59,232 bases of DNA. Source: an uncultured Pseudomonadota bacterium (GTDB lineage Bacteria > Pseudomonadota > Alphaproteobacteria > Rs-D84). Under the pieces are notes generated by a model. The model ran no database searches and was not told the origin of the DNA. It saw nothing but the letters and a program-made list of their open reading frames with translations. The stretch spans positions 1 to 59,232 of the forward strand of contig CADARU010000003.1 of assembly GCA_902790415.1 (NCBI GenBank), in the 5' to 3' direction. Made by a program: the position numbers and the translations under genes. Positions 18,987 to 28,513 of the stretch are shown piece after piece. Each line of letters opens with the position of its first letter. Within the stretch, counting starts at the first letter, position 1.

Positions 18987-19349
18987 ATGACATTTCAAGA
19001 AATAAAAAATTTTATTTCAGGTATAGAAGACCCCGTTGCGCGATTAGAATTTGTTATGGATTTGGGGCGTGATTTGCTGTGTGCGCCAGAAACCGCCGTA
19101 TGCACAGAAATAGTTGGTTGCTCTTCTTTGGTTGAAATTTGTCGTGATGGCGACAAATTTGATGGTCGCGCCGATTCGGTTTTGGTTCGCGGACTGGTTG
19201 CGATAATATTGTCCATGGTTGATGGAAAAACACTGGATGAAATTCGTAAAATGCCTATGGATTCTATGTTTGCAGATTTAAAGTTGAATCTTGGTGCATC
19301 GCGATTAAATGGTGTAAATTCTATAATTCGTTTTTTCAAGAATTTGTGA
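18987..19349 (+). CDS. sufE: sulfur acceptor SufE
   Basis: DLGR.L, VGCSSLV, ADSVLVRGL, SRLNG. Confidence 0.85.
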   Translation: MTFQEIKNFISGIEDPVARLEFVMDLGRDLLCAPETAVCTEIVGCSSLVEICRDGDKFDGRADSVLVRGLVAIILSMVDGKTLDEIRKMPMDSMFADLKLNLGASRLNGVNSIIRFFKNL

Positions 19350-19386
19350 TACAATACCCATGATATAAAATGGTCGGGGTTATTAC

Positions 19387-19683
19387 ATGAACGAAGATGA
19401 AAAAATTTTTAATATAAGTGTTGTCGCCTTGCTGGGGGTGTTTGTTTTGTCTTGTGTGCTGCAGGTTTGTTATCGTGCGCAAAATCGTGAACGCAGTCGT
19501 GTGCATCGTGATATTGTCCAGACCCAACAGGATATTGCCGTTGCCCAGGCGAATTTTGCATCTTATGTACGCCCAGAAAGTTTAAGAAATATGGTTACCA
19601 TGATTGACCCCAAGGCGGAAGTAATAAGTTTTCATAAATCTGTTGAAATATACGAATTACCAGATAAGATAACTGACAAATAG
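19387..19683 (+). CDS. ftsL: cell division protein FtsL-like
   Basis: single TM plus coiled coil ending YVRPESL, directly upstream of ftsI. Confidence 0.7.
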   Translation: MNEDEKIFNISVVALLGVFVLSCVLQVCYRAQNRERSRVHRDIVQTQQDIAVAQANFASYVRPESLRNMVTMIDPKAEVISFHKSVEIYELPDKITDK

Positions 19684-19692
19684 TGGCGAACA

Positions 19693-21318
19693 ATGTTTGA
19701 AGTAGGACGGGATGTTTCAAAGCAAGGTTTTATTGGAACGGATGCGAATTCCGTTGGTCGTGCACGCATAAAAATAGTGTATGTGTTTTTCTTGTGTTTA
19801 TTTGTGGTGTTTGCCGGGCGTACATTACAACTGGCGTTGCATGGAACCGATAGGGTTCGGTTGTCTGGTGGTGCCGACAGTTGGCAGGTTAATCGTGCCG
19901 ATATTATTGACAGAAATGGCGATATATTGGCGAAAAATGTTATGTCAGGGCATATAACATTACGTCCACACCAGGTCAAAGATAAGCAAGCGGTTGCCGA
20001 ACTGATTCACGAAATTTTGCCGTATGAGTATTCTGTGAACCAGGTGATGAAGTTATTGGATTCTTCAAGACGGTTTATTTATATTAAAAAATATGTGTCT
20101 GATTCACAGCGCAAGGCCGTAGAGGCCGCTAAATTGGCTGGATTAGAAATAGAAGCAAACCAGGCGCGAAAATATCCAAAACGCAGGTTGTTTTCACATA
20201 TCGTTGGTTTTGTTGGAAACGATGGTCGCGGTTTAGAAGGCGCAGAACGTATTTATGATGATTATTTGCGCGATAACAAGGAACCACTGCAACTGTCCCT
20301 GGATTCCAGAATACAATCGGTTTTTTATGAACAGTTGACCGCTGCGATGCAACGTTACCAGGCAAAAAATGCCATGGGATTATTGATGAATTCCAGTACC
20401 GGTGAAATGATTGCAATGGTGTCTTTGCCTGATTTTGATCCGGAAAATTTATCTTTGGATCCAATGTCGAATCGTTTGTTTAAACCTATGCGTGGTACGT
20501 ATGAAATGGGTTCTATATTCAAAGTGTTTAATACCGCGATGGCGATGGAAAACGGTATACACAAAGAATACTATGTCAAAGAAGCATATAAAATTCGGGA
20601 TAAATTTGGTCGGGTTGCGGCGAAAATAGGTGATGTGGCCAGTTTCCGTCCACCACGCCCAAATTTGACAGTCGAAGAAATTATGTTGCATTCATGCAAC
20701 GCGGGCAGTGCCCAAATAGCATTAGATTTGCCCGAAGGAACACAACCGGAATTTTTCCACAGGGTGCATTTAGACGAACCCTTGAAATTAGAGTTTGGCG
20801 AAACTGAACGGACATTGATGCCGCGAAAATGGGGCCCGGTGGAACGAGCAACGGTTTCGTTTGGACATGGTATTTCTGTAACGCCTATGCATTTGTTGTT
20901 GGGTGTGAATTCTATGATAAACGGCGGTTTTTATATTTACCCGACATTGCAAAAACGTAATTTTGGACCGTTACGCGCGCAACGCGTGTTGTCTGATGAA
21001 ATATCTGCGCGGTTGCGTGGAATTATGTTGCGTATCGCCGAGGAAACCAGTGCAAAGCAGGCCAGAATCGCCGGAATTCAAATCGGTGGAAAAACCGCAA
21101 CCGCGGAAAAACGCGTTAATGGAAAAATAGATAAATTTAAAAATTTAACGGCCTTTGTTGGAATTTTCCCGGTAAATGCGCCGCAATATACAATATTGGT
21201 TGTTTTAGATGAACCAAAGGGAACCAAGGAAAGTTTCGGGTTAAGAACCGCGGCATGGAATGCGGTGCCAACGGCCGGAAAAATATTAGATAGTATCCTG
21301 CCGTTGCTATTTGAATAA
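19693..21318 (+). CDS. ftsI: penicillin-binding protein 3 (septal transpeptidase)
   Basis: RADIIDRNG, R.YP, G.EGAE, SxxK (SIFK), SxN (SCN), KTAT in place of KTG. Confidence 0.92.
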   Translation: MFEVGRDVSKQGFIGTDANSVGRARIKIVYVFFLCLFVVFAGRTLQLALHGTDRVRLSGGADSWQVNRADIIDRNGDILAKNVMSGHITLRPHQVKDKQAVAELIHEILPYEYSVNQVMKLLDSSRRFIYIKKYVSDSQRKAVEAAKLAGLEIEANQARKYPKRRLFSHIVGFVGNDGRGLEGAERIYDDYLRDNKEPLQLSLDSRIQSVFYEQLTAAMQRYQAKNAMGLLMNSSTGEMIAMVSLPDFDPENLSLDPMSNRLFKPMRGTYEMGSIFKVFNTAMAMENGIHKEYYVKEAYKIRDKFGRVAAKIGDVASFRPPRPNLTVEEIMLHSCNAGSAQIALDLPEGTQPEFFHRVHLDEPLKLEFGETERTLMPRKWGPVERATVSFGHGISVTPMHLLLGVNSMINGGFYIYPTLQKRNFGPLRAQRVLSDEISARLRGIMLRIAEETSAKQARIAGIQIGGKTATAEKRVNGKIDKFKNLTAFVGIFPVNAPQYTILVVLDEPKGTKESFGLRTAAWNAVPTAGKILDSILPLLFE

Positions 21319-21359
21319 ATTTGTATTATAATATCCCTGATAAGAAAAAAGAGTATAGT

Positions 21360-23114
21360 GTGAGAACGATAGTAGAAAAGTCCATGCTGGGGCGGGCATG
21401 GGTTGCCGACGGGGATATTGTATCCGGGGCAACAGATGAAAAAAATTTATTGCAAAAGATTCTTGTTGGACGTGGTATTGCGTCAAACGAGGTTGAACGT
21501 TTTTTAAATCCTTCTATACGTGAATATATGCCGGACCCATTTGTTTTGCAAGATATGGAACGTGCGGTAAAAATTATTGCAGATTCTGTTTTAAAAAATG
21601 AAAAAATTGCAATTTATGGGGATTATGATGTTGATGGTATTACATCAACAACGGTTTTTGTTAAATATCTGCGCGCAATAGGTGCGGATGTTATTTGGCA
21701 TTTGCCGACCCGCGAAGGCGAAGGTTATGGTTTGAATTCCGAAGCAATACATGATTTGCATGCGCGTGGTGCAAAAATGTTAATTACGGTTGACTGTGGT
21801 ATTAGTGGTAATGCCGAAGTTGACTTGGCAAAATCACTGGGGATGCGTGTGGTTATAACCGACCATCATTCGCCAGATTCTGTGTTGCCAGATGCCGATG
21901 CGGTTGTTAATCCTAAACGTGGGGACGATACATCGGGTATGACCTATTTGGCTGGGGTGGGGGTTGCCTTTTTGACATTGGTTGCGTTAAATCGTGAATT
22001 AAAAAGTGTCAATGATTCCTCGTGGCACGACAAGACAGAAAAAATAAATTTAATGAATTTGATGGATTGTGTCGCGTTGGGAACTGTGTGCGATACTATG
22101 CCGTTGGTTGGGTTAAATCGCGCATTTGTTGCAACAGGATTAAAGGTTTTGAATCTGCGTCAAAATTTGGGATTGCGAACATTAATGGAAATCGCAAAGT
22201 TAGACAAGGTTTCTGTTTATGGTTTGGGGTTCGTATTGGGACCACGTTTAAATGCCGCCGGTCGATTGGATTCTGCAAATCCGGCATTGGATTTATTGTT
22301 GACGGACAATCCGTTAATTGCGCACGATTTGGCAATAAAATTAGATTCTATGAATCAAGAAAGAATAAATATACAAAATGCGATAATGTTGCGTGCATCA
22401 GAACTGGCGGATGATTGTTGTCGTCGTGGCCGGTGCAGTTTGTTTGTTTGTGGTGATAATTGGCATGGTGGTGTCATGGGAATTATTGCCGGACGATTAA
22501 AAGATAAATATAATTTGCCGGCATGTGTTGCGACACGATGCGATGGTGAAATAAATGGTTCGGGACGTTCGGTTGCCGGGGTTGATTTAGGGGCGATTAT
22601 ACACGAGGCATTGAATTTGGGATTGGTTTGCGAAGGTGGTGGACATGCCGCTGCCGCAGGTTTTTCTTTGAAAACGGATAAAGAATCCGATTTCTGTGAA
22701 TTTTTAGAACAATCTGTATTAAAGCAATTAAAGGGGCAAAAACCGACACAAGATATTATTGTTGATGCGGAAATGGATGCCGCCGGTGCAACAATGAAAT
22801 TAATACAGGAGTTATCTTTGATGGAACCGTTCGGCCAGGGTAACCCAGAACCAGAATTAGCACTGTATGGCGCAACAATAAAATATGCATCTGTGATGGG
22901 ACGTGAAGGAACGCATTTACGTGGGGCCTTTACAACATCCAATGGTGGACGTTTAGATTTTGTTGGATTTAATTTGGTTGGAACACCGGTTGGCGATTTT
23001 TTACTGGACGATGCCAACATAAATACTAAAATAAAGATATTGGGACGATTAAAAGAAAATAACTATAATGGTCGCACCAGTGCACAGTTCATATTAGAAG
23101 ACGTGGCATTATGA
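21360..23114 (+). CDS. recJ: single-stranded DNA exonuclease RecJ
   Basis: YGDYDVDG, TVDCG, TDHH, PRLNAAGR, GSGRS, GGHAAAAG; start uncertain (GTG 21360). Confidence 0.96.
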   Translation: MRTIVEKSMLGRAWVADGDIVSGATDEKNLLQKILVGRGIASNEVERFLNPSIREYMPDPFVLQDMERAVKIIADSVLKNEKIAIYGDYDVDGITSTTVFVKYLRAIGADVIWHLPTREGEGYGLNSEAIHDLHARGAKMLITVDCGISGNAEVDLAKSLGMRVVITDHHSPDSVLPDADAVVNPKRGDDTSGMTYLAGVGVAFLTLVALNRELKSVNDSSWHDKTEKINLMNLMDCVALGTVCDTMPLVGLNRAFVATGLKVLNLRQNLGLRTLMEIAKLDKVSVYGLGFVLGPRLNAAGRLDSANPALDLLLTDNPLIAHDLAIKLDSMNQERINIQNAIMLRASELADDCCRRGRCSLFVCGDNWHGGVMGIIAGRLKDKYNLPACVATRCDGEINGSGRSVAGVDLGAIIHEALNLGLVCEGGGHAAAAGFSLKTDKESDFCEFLEQSVLKQLKGQKPTQDIIVDAEMDAAGATMKLIQELSLMEPFGQGNPEPELALYGATIKYASVMGREGTHLRGAFTTSNGGRLDFVGFNLVGTPVGDFLLDDANINTKIKILGRLKENNYNGRTSAQFILEDVAL

Positions 23115-24073
23115 TAACACAAGAATATGTAAAACAATTTGAAGATAAAATAAAAAATGCAAAGTCCATCATTATCATGGGACATAAAAATCCTGATGGT
23201 GATGCGTTGTGCAGTGTTATTGCCATGGCGCGTTTGATTGAACAAAATTATGATAAAAGTCCTGTTTGTGTTTATGATGGTAATATTCCAGATTATTTGG
23301 ATGCGGTGCCATTACGTAAAAGGGTGCGTTTTTTTGAACGCGTGGAAGAAACGGAAAGTTTTGATGTCGCGATTGTTGTGGACTATGGCACAATTAAAAA
23401 TATTGGTGGGCCATATAAATTTGTTGAAAATGCGAAATTTGTCATAGAAATAGACCATCATATAAAACAAGATAGTGTCGGCGCGTTGTGCATGTCTGAT
23501 GAAAAGGCGGCCGCCACCGCAGAAATTATTTATGAACTGATACAAACGGCAAATTTAAAAATGGATATTACGGTTGCATCTTTGTTGATGACGGCAATAA
23601 TCACAGATACCGGATGGTTTGCGTTTGTAAAACGTGGTCGTGTGTTTCAAATCGCGGCGGATTTGGTGGATTTTGGGGTCAAAATTCAACCGATTATGAA
23701 TGAATTAGATAACAAGGCGCGTAAAACAATAATCACAGAATCTGCTGCGGCGGCAAATGCAGAATTTTTGTTTCACAATAAATTAGCAATCGCAATTATC
23801 GATTCGAAATCATATAAAAATTTAGATGGACGTGGTGAAACGGTCTTGGGCCTGTTGCAACAGATTGCCGGTTTAGAATATGTTGTGCTGTTGAAAGAAC
23901 AAAAAGAAAATCAAATAGGTGTGTCGTTGCGTGGAAAAAACAATCCTGTTGATAAAATTGCGAACGAATTAGGTGGCGGCGGACACAAAAATGCCGCAGG
24001 TGCCGTTGTGTATGACAGTTTGGAAAATGTGAAAAATAAAATCATAGAATTATTCAAAGGGGTATTAAAATGA
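23111..24073 (+). CDS. nrnA: DHH/DHHA1 nanoRNase / pAp phosphatase
   Basis: HKNPDGDA, IDHH, TDTG.F, SLRG, GGGHKNAAG. Confidence 0.9.
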   Translation: MITQEYVKQFEDKIKNAKSIIIMGHKNPDGDALCSVIAMARLIEQNYDKSPVCVYDGNIPDYLDAVPLRKRVRFFERVEETESFDVAIVVDYGTIKNIGGPYKFVENAKFVIEIDHHIKQDSVGALCMSDEKAAATAEIIYELIQTANLKMDITVASLLMTAIITDTGWFAFVKRGRVFQIAADLVDFGVKIQPIMNELDNKARKTIITESAAAANAEFLFHNKLAIAIIDSKSYKNLDGRGETVLGLLQQIAGLEYVVLLKEQKENQIGVSLRGKNNPVDKIANELGGGGHKNAAGAVVYDSLENVKNKIIELFKGVLK

Positions 24074-24684
24074 AAAAAATATTAATGTCCTTGGTATGTG
24101 CGTTTTTGACGGTTTCCGCATTTGGTGCGGTTGATGCGAACCTGGTTGGTCGTGCGGAAAAGTATCTGAATTCTATTACGGGATTGTCGGGTGATTTTGT
24201 GCAAACAAATAACGGTAAAAATGAAAAGGGGACTTTTTCGATGTTACGTCCTGGACGTGTTCGGTTGGATTATAAAAATATGCCGGTTCAACTGATGGCG
24301 GATGGGGCCGATTTATATTTTTATGATAAATCATTAGATCAAATTACAACCGTTCCTTTGACCAGTACGCCGGCCGGGATTTTGGTGCGCCGTAATATAA
24401 ACCTTAGAAATGCGGATATAAATGTTATGGAAACAAAATCTGGGACGGACAGTTTTTCGTTAAAAATGAATTTGCGCGGTCAAGAGGGTTTGGGAAATAT
24501 GACGGTTGTTTTTGATAAACGTGATTCAAAATTAAAATCTTGGTCGGTTGTTGATGCAGTTGGAAATAAAACGGACGTTGTGTTTAGCAATTTGAAAACG
24601 AAAACTGATTTCGGTAAAAATTATTTCCAGATTCAACGACACAAAACAATCAGCACCAGTGGCGGTGATGAATTCTACGATTAA
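24070..24684 (+). CDS. lolA: outer-membrane lipoprotein carrier LolA
   Basis: signal peptide, DFVQ, RPGRVRLDY, ADG..L, PL..TP. Confidence 0.88.
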   Translation: MKKILMSLVCAFLTVSAFGAVDANLVGRAEKYLNSITGLSGDFVQTNNGKNEKGTFSMLRPGRVRLDYKNMPVQLMADGADLYFYDKSLDQITTVPLTSTPAGILVRRNINLRNADINVMETKSGTDSFSLKMNLRGQEGLGNMTVVFDKRDSKLKSWSVVDAVGNKTDVVFSNLKTKTDFGKNYFQIQRHKTISTSGGDEFYD

Positions 24685-24686
24685 AA

Positions 24687-24971
24687 ATGTTTGGAATCAG
24701 TTGGGCAGAATTTTTAGTCATTTTATTGGTTGCGGTTTTGGTTATTCCAACGCGGTATTGGCCTGATGTTGCGCGTGCGTTGGCGCGTGTGGTGAAATTT
24801 ATTCGCGCATTGGTTTGGAAAATTACAGATGCAGGTGAAAAAATCAAAGAACAGATTGAGTTAGAAAAACCCATAAATGATTTAATGCAAACAACAACCA
24901 AGGAAATGTTAGATGCGTTTTCGGTAAAAAAAACGCGCAAAACAAAAAAAAAGACGGGTGCAAATAAATGA
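24687..24971 (+). CDS. tatB: twin-arginine translocase TatB
   Basis: MFGISWAEFLVILLVAVLVI; directly upstream of tatC. Confidence 0.85.
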   Translation: MFGISWAEFLVILLVAVLVIPTRYWPDVARALARVVKFIRALVWKITDAGEKIKEQIELEKPINDLMQTTTKEMLDAFSVKKTRKTKKKTGANK

Positions 24972-25672
24972 AGAAAATGACAATATCAGAACATTTTTCC
25001 GAATTACGCCGCCGAATCTTGTATGTTTTGGGATTTTTTGTTTTGACTTTTTGCCTGGGGTGGTTCGTGGCACCATGGGTTCAGGAATTTATTACCGCAC
25101 CATTGATTGGTGTTTGGGCGGATGCACAAATGCTCTATACCGGGATAACAGATGCCTTGATGGTTAGGTTGTCTTTGACGATGTTGGTTGCGATAATGTT
25201 AAGCGTCCCGGTTTTGTTGTATCAAGTTTGGGCGTTCGTTGCCCCCGGATTACACAAGGGTGAAAAGGATTTTATTATTCCTATTTTTATATTCTCGCCG
25301 TTGCTGTTTTTGTGTGGTGCGGCATTTGCTTTCTATATTTTATTTCCGTCAGTATTCGCGTTTTTCTTGGAATTAGGACAAATGGCACCGGTGCCCGCGA
25401 TTGTTATGCCGGATGTTCGTGATTATGTTAGTTTTGCAATCGGTTTGTTAAAAGTTTTTGGAATCGCATTTCAATTACCTTTGGTTTTGGTTTTATTAAA
25501 CAGGGCCGGGGTCTTGTCGCGCGAACGCGTGGTTGCCGCCCGCCGTTATGCGATTGTTTTTATTGTTATCGCGGCCGCAATATTGACCCCGCCTGACGTT
25601 GTTTCCCAGGTTTTGTTGGCACTGCCAATGTGGGGGTTGTTTGAATTAAGTATTTTGTTTATGAAAAAATAA
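24968..25672 (+). CDS. tatC: twin-arginine translocase TatC
   Basis: EHFSELRRR, WAFVAPGL...E, FGIAFQLP, AAILTPPD. Confidence 0.96.
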   Translation: MKKMTISEHFSELRRRILYVLGFFVLTFCLGWFVAPWVQEFITAPLIGVWADAQMLYTGITDALMVRLSLTMLVAIMLSVPVLLYQVWAFVAPGLHKGEKDFIIPIFIFSPLLFLCGAAFAFYILFPSVFAFFLELGQMAPVPAIVMPDVRDYVSFAIGLLKVFGIAFQLPLVLVLLNRAGVLSRERVVAARRYAIVFIVIAAAILTPPDVVSQVLLALPMWGLFELSILFMKK

Positions 25673-25730
25673 AGTATTTTTTAGGGGCTATCTGTTTATT
25701 TTATGTGTTTTTTATGATATAATTTCTTGT

Positions 25731-27404
25731 ATGAAGTGTTTTTTGTTTCGTCTTGTTGGGGTGGCTTTTATTGGTGCATTTGTTGCATCATGTGATTTGC
25801 AACCTAAAATAAGTTCGATACCTGATGGGGTGGGGGATTTTATTTCTGCGCGTTATCCGACATTGTTGGCGGACCCCGAAACCGAACCAGAGATTTATAA
25901 TTCGGCGGTAACCGATTACGGTGTTTATGAATCGCCCGATTTATACGGTTCTGGTAATGTCCAAGATTATATGAATTACGCATCTGCAAGTGATTATGTC
26001 TTAAATGAATCTGTACCGGATGCGGAAGCCGCGCGCAACAAAGAAGAAACACCTGATAATGTTGCAGATGAATCAGACAAGGTGGAAAGCATCCCCGAAA
26101 CAGAACCAGATGATGTTTTAAGCGTTAATGATTATGTCGCGCCCGAAAAAGAAGATACACCAATAAAAAATGATGCACTGGTAATCCCAGAAAAAAAGAT
26201 AATTAAACCAGATACGGTTGTTGTTCAAAAGGGTGATACACTCTATGCGATTGCGCATCGAAATGGTACAACGGTTGAAAATATCGCGGCTGCCAATGGA
26301 TTAACACCGCCGTATGCGTTGCGTGTCGGTCAAGAACTGTTGTTAAAAAAACAAGTGGATACCACAAAAGCCCAAAAGACGAGCGTCGTTCCACAAAACG
26401 TAAAGAAAGATGAAACGACAAATGATTCGGTGCAACCCAAGGTAAACCAATCCGAAAAACCAAAAGAAAAAACGGCACCGAACAAGGTTGCCGCGCATGC
26501 CCCCAAGACCAAGGTTATTACGGTTGAGCGTGGTGATACGTTATATTCTTTGTCGCGTGGCTATGCGATACCGGTAAATGATTTGGCGGTTATGAATAAT
26601 TTGCGACCACCATTTGATTTGCGGGTTGGGCAATCTTTGGTTGTGCCGAACGTAAAACGCGTTGCGGTACCGGCACCACAAAAGCCAGAGGTAAAATCGG
26701 AACCCAAGGCAGAAACAAAAACAGAGACTAAGGCGGAAACAAAAACCGCACCGGCAAAGGTCGCCACCGTTGCGTCAAAAACCGCGACTGTACCGGTCGC
26801 TGCACCCAAGAAAGAAACATCTAAAACGCAATCAAAGCCGGCAACAAAACAACCGGCAACGGATACGAAAAAACAAACGAAAGCGGACGTTAAAAAACAG
26901 CCGGAAAAAAAGACAGTAACCGAAAAGCCGAAACAAACAAAAACCGAAACGCCGGCAAAGAAAGGCGAAACCAAGAAAACAATAACCAATGTAAAAGAAG
27001 AAACACCAAAGATTGCGGCGCGTTCATCGTCTAAATTTACATGGCCGGTACGTGGCAAGATATTATCTCATTATGGTGCCAAGACGGGTGGTTTGTTTAA
27101 TGACGGTATTAACGTTTCTGCGGGGCTGGGGACAACGGTTGTGGCGGCTGAAAACGGTGTTGTGGCGTATGCCGGAAACGAAGTCAAAGGTATGGGTAAT
27201 TTAATAATTATTCAACACGAGGGTGGTTGGATGACGGTCTATGCGCATTTGAATTCGGTCAGTGTGCGGCGTGGTGCGCGCGTAACGGTTGGTCAAAAGA
27301 TAGGAACCGTTGGTCAGACAGGCAAAGTTAGTCAGCCACAGTTGCACTTTGAAATTCGCAAAGGCCGCAAGGCATACAATCCTATAAATTATTTAAAGAA
27401 ATAA
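25731..27404 (+). CDS. LysM/M23 peptidase-domain lipoprotein (NlpD/DipM-like)
   Basis: lipobox VASC, two LysM domains (VQKGDTLY, VERGDTLY), K/T/P/A linker, M23 domain FTWPVRG...NDGIN...YAH...LHFEIR; first Zn-binding His appears as Asn, as in NlpD. Confidence 0.9.
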   Translation: MKCFLFRLVGVAFIGAFVASCDLQPKISSIPDGVGDFISARYPTLLADPETEPEIYNSAVTDYGVYESPDLYGSGNVQDYMNYASASDYVLNESVPDAEAARNKEETPDNVADESDKVESIPETEPDDVLSVNDYVAPEKEDTPIKNDALVIPEKKIIKPDTVVVQKGDTLYAIAHRNGTTVENIAAANGLTPPYALRVGQELLLKKQVDTTKAQKTSVVPQNVKKDETTNDSVQPKVNQSEKPKEKTAPNKVAAHAPKTKVITVERGDTLYSLSRGYAIPVNDLAVMNNLRPPFDLRVGQSLVVPNVKRVAVPAPQKPEVKSEPKAETKTETKAETKTAPAKVATVASKTATVPVAAPKKETSKTQSKPATKQPATDTKKQTKADVKKQPEKKTVTEKPKQTKTETPAKKGETKKTITNVKEETPKIAARSSSKFTWPVRGKILSHYGAKTGGLFNDGINVSAGLGTTVVAAENGVVAYAGNEVKGMGNLIIIQHEGGWMTVYAHLNSVSVRRGARVTVGQKIGTVGQTGKVSQPQLHFEIRKGRKAYNPINYLKK

Positions 27405-27507
27405 GTAATATAATTATTTTGGTATTGGTTGTTGTTTTTATGCAAAATTATAACTTGCTCAAATATTAATATATTGGTTATACTATCTATGAATCGTATA
27501 TATGGTT

Positions 27508-27665
27508 CGGGGCGTCAGAACCCTTGTAATGCATTGTATCCGTGGGGATATAAAACACCTCCAATCGTGATGGTTGGAGGGCGACGATATAAATGAATAA
27601 GTCCGCTATTTTCAATGCATTATAGTTCTGAACCTCCAACCGCTGGCTATGATTAGCGGTTTTTT
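27508..27665 (+). ncRNA. structured leader/attenuator, C4-antisense/ash-like
   Basis: long closing stem (TCAGAAC..TGTAATGCATTG / CAATGCATTATA.GTTCTGA), inner hairpins, alternative pairing with a terminal terminator AACCGCT/AGCGGTT+U tract. Confidence 0.6.
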
Positions 27666-27693
27666 ATATAAAAAAATAAGAAAGGTGCAGAAA

Positions 27694-27987
27694 ATGGCGA
27701 AAATTAAATTTCAAAACGGTGATATACGTGAAAATGGCGCATTGTTGGGCAAAGTACGCAATGACGAAATCCGTGATAAAATGGGAACGTTATTGGGAAA
27801 AACAAAAAATGATGAAATACGTGATAGAATTGGGGCTTTAATAGGTAAAGTAAAAGACGGTTATGTTTATTCCAAAATGGGCGCACGCTTAGGGCGTGTT
27901 GACGACTATATGATTGCTGATATGCAACACGAAAAAGATGTAAATATTGTTGCCTGTTATCACTTTTTAGTTAAAAAATTTTTGTAA
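27694..27987 (+). CDS. small protein of ~4 tandem 15-aa beta repeats (beta-flower-like)
   Basis: repeats EIRDKMGTLLGK / EIRDRIGALIGK / YVYSKMGARLGR; RBS AAAGGT. Confidence 0.7.
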   Translation: MAKIKFQNGDIRENGALLGKVRNDEIRDKMGTLLGKTKNDEIRDRIGALIGKVKDGYVYSKMGARLGRVDDYMIADMQHEKDVNIVACYHFLVKKFL

Positions 27988-28002
27988 TCAAAGGAGAGGT
28001 AC

Positions 28003-28446
28003 ATGAAAATCAAACAAGGTTTGCGACCGTTCAACATTAAAAATGCAGATATTGTTATTCTGGGAACATTCCCCGGCGAATTGTCGCTGTGTAAACAAGA
28101 ATATTACGCAAACAACGGCAACCATTTTTGGTGTCTTTTAGGTTTGGAAAAGCATGATATGGATGGGTTAAAAAAATTAAAAATTGGATTGTGGGACGTA
28201 ATTGAATCTTGTGAACGTGATGGTAGCACAGATAGAAAAATCAAAAACGTAACATATAATGATTTACGCGTCTTGGCGGGAAAACAAATATATTTTAATG
28301 GCAAAACAGCATATAAATATTTTAAAAGAATACAAAATATAGATTTAAAAGTGTCTGAAAAACAGGTTTTGCCGTCCAGCAGCCCATCTTTGCATATGGA
28401 TTTTGCAGAGAAAAAGAAAAAATGGGGTAAAATTTACAAAAAATAG
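28003..28446 (+). CDS. uracil-DNA glycosylase superfamily protein (MUG / DNA-deoxyinosine glycosylase type)
   Basis: ILGTFPG..SL...YYA...NHFW, IGLWDVI.SC.R.GS.D, FNGK.A, LPSSSP. Confidence 0.88.
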   Translation: MKIKQGLRPFNIKNADIVILGTFPGELSLCKQEYYANNGNHFWCLLGLEKHDMDGLKKLKIGLWDVIESCERDGSTDRKIKNVTYNDLRVLAGKQIYFNGKTAYKYFKRIQNIDLKVSEKQVLPSSSPSLHMDFAEKKKKWGKIYKK

Positions 28447-28513
28447 ACAGGTAAAGTTTTCCCTTAGAAAATACGTATTTACGTCATAATATAGCAGTAT
28501 AAAGGTTGAAATA

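Noticed and set aside
28470..28505. dif-like site
   Set aside because: A CATAAT left-arm resemblance only; the XerD arm (TTATGTTAAAT-like) is absent.
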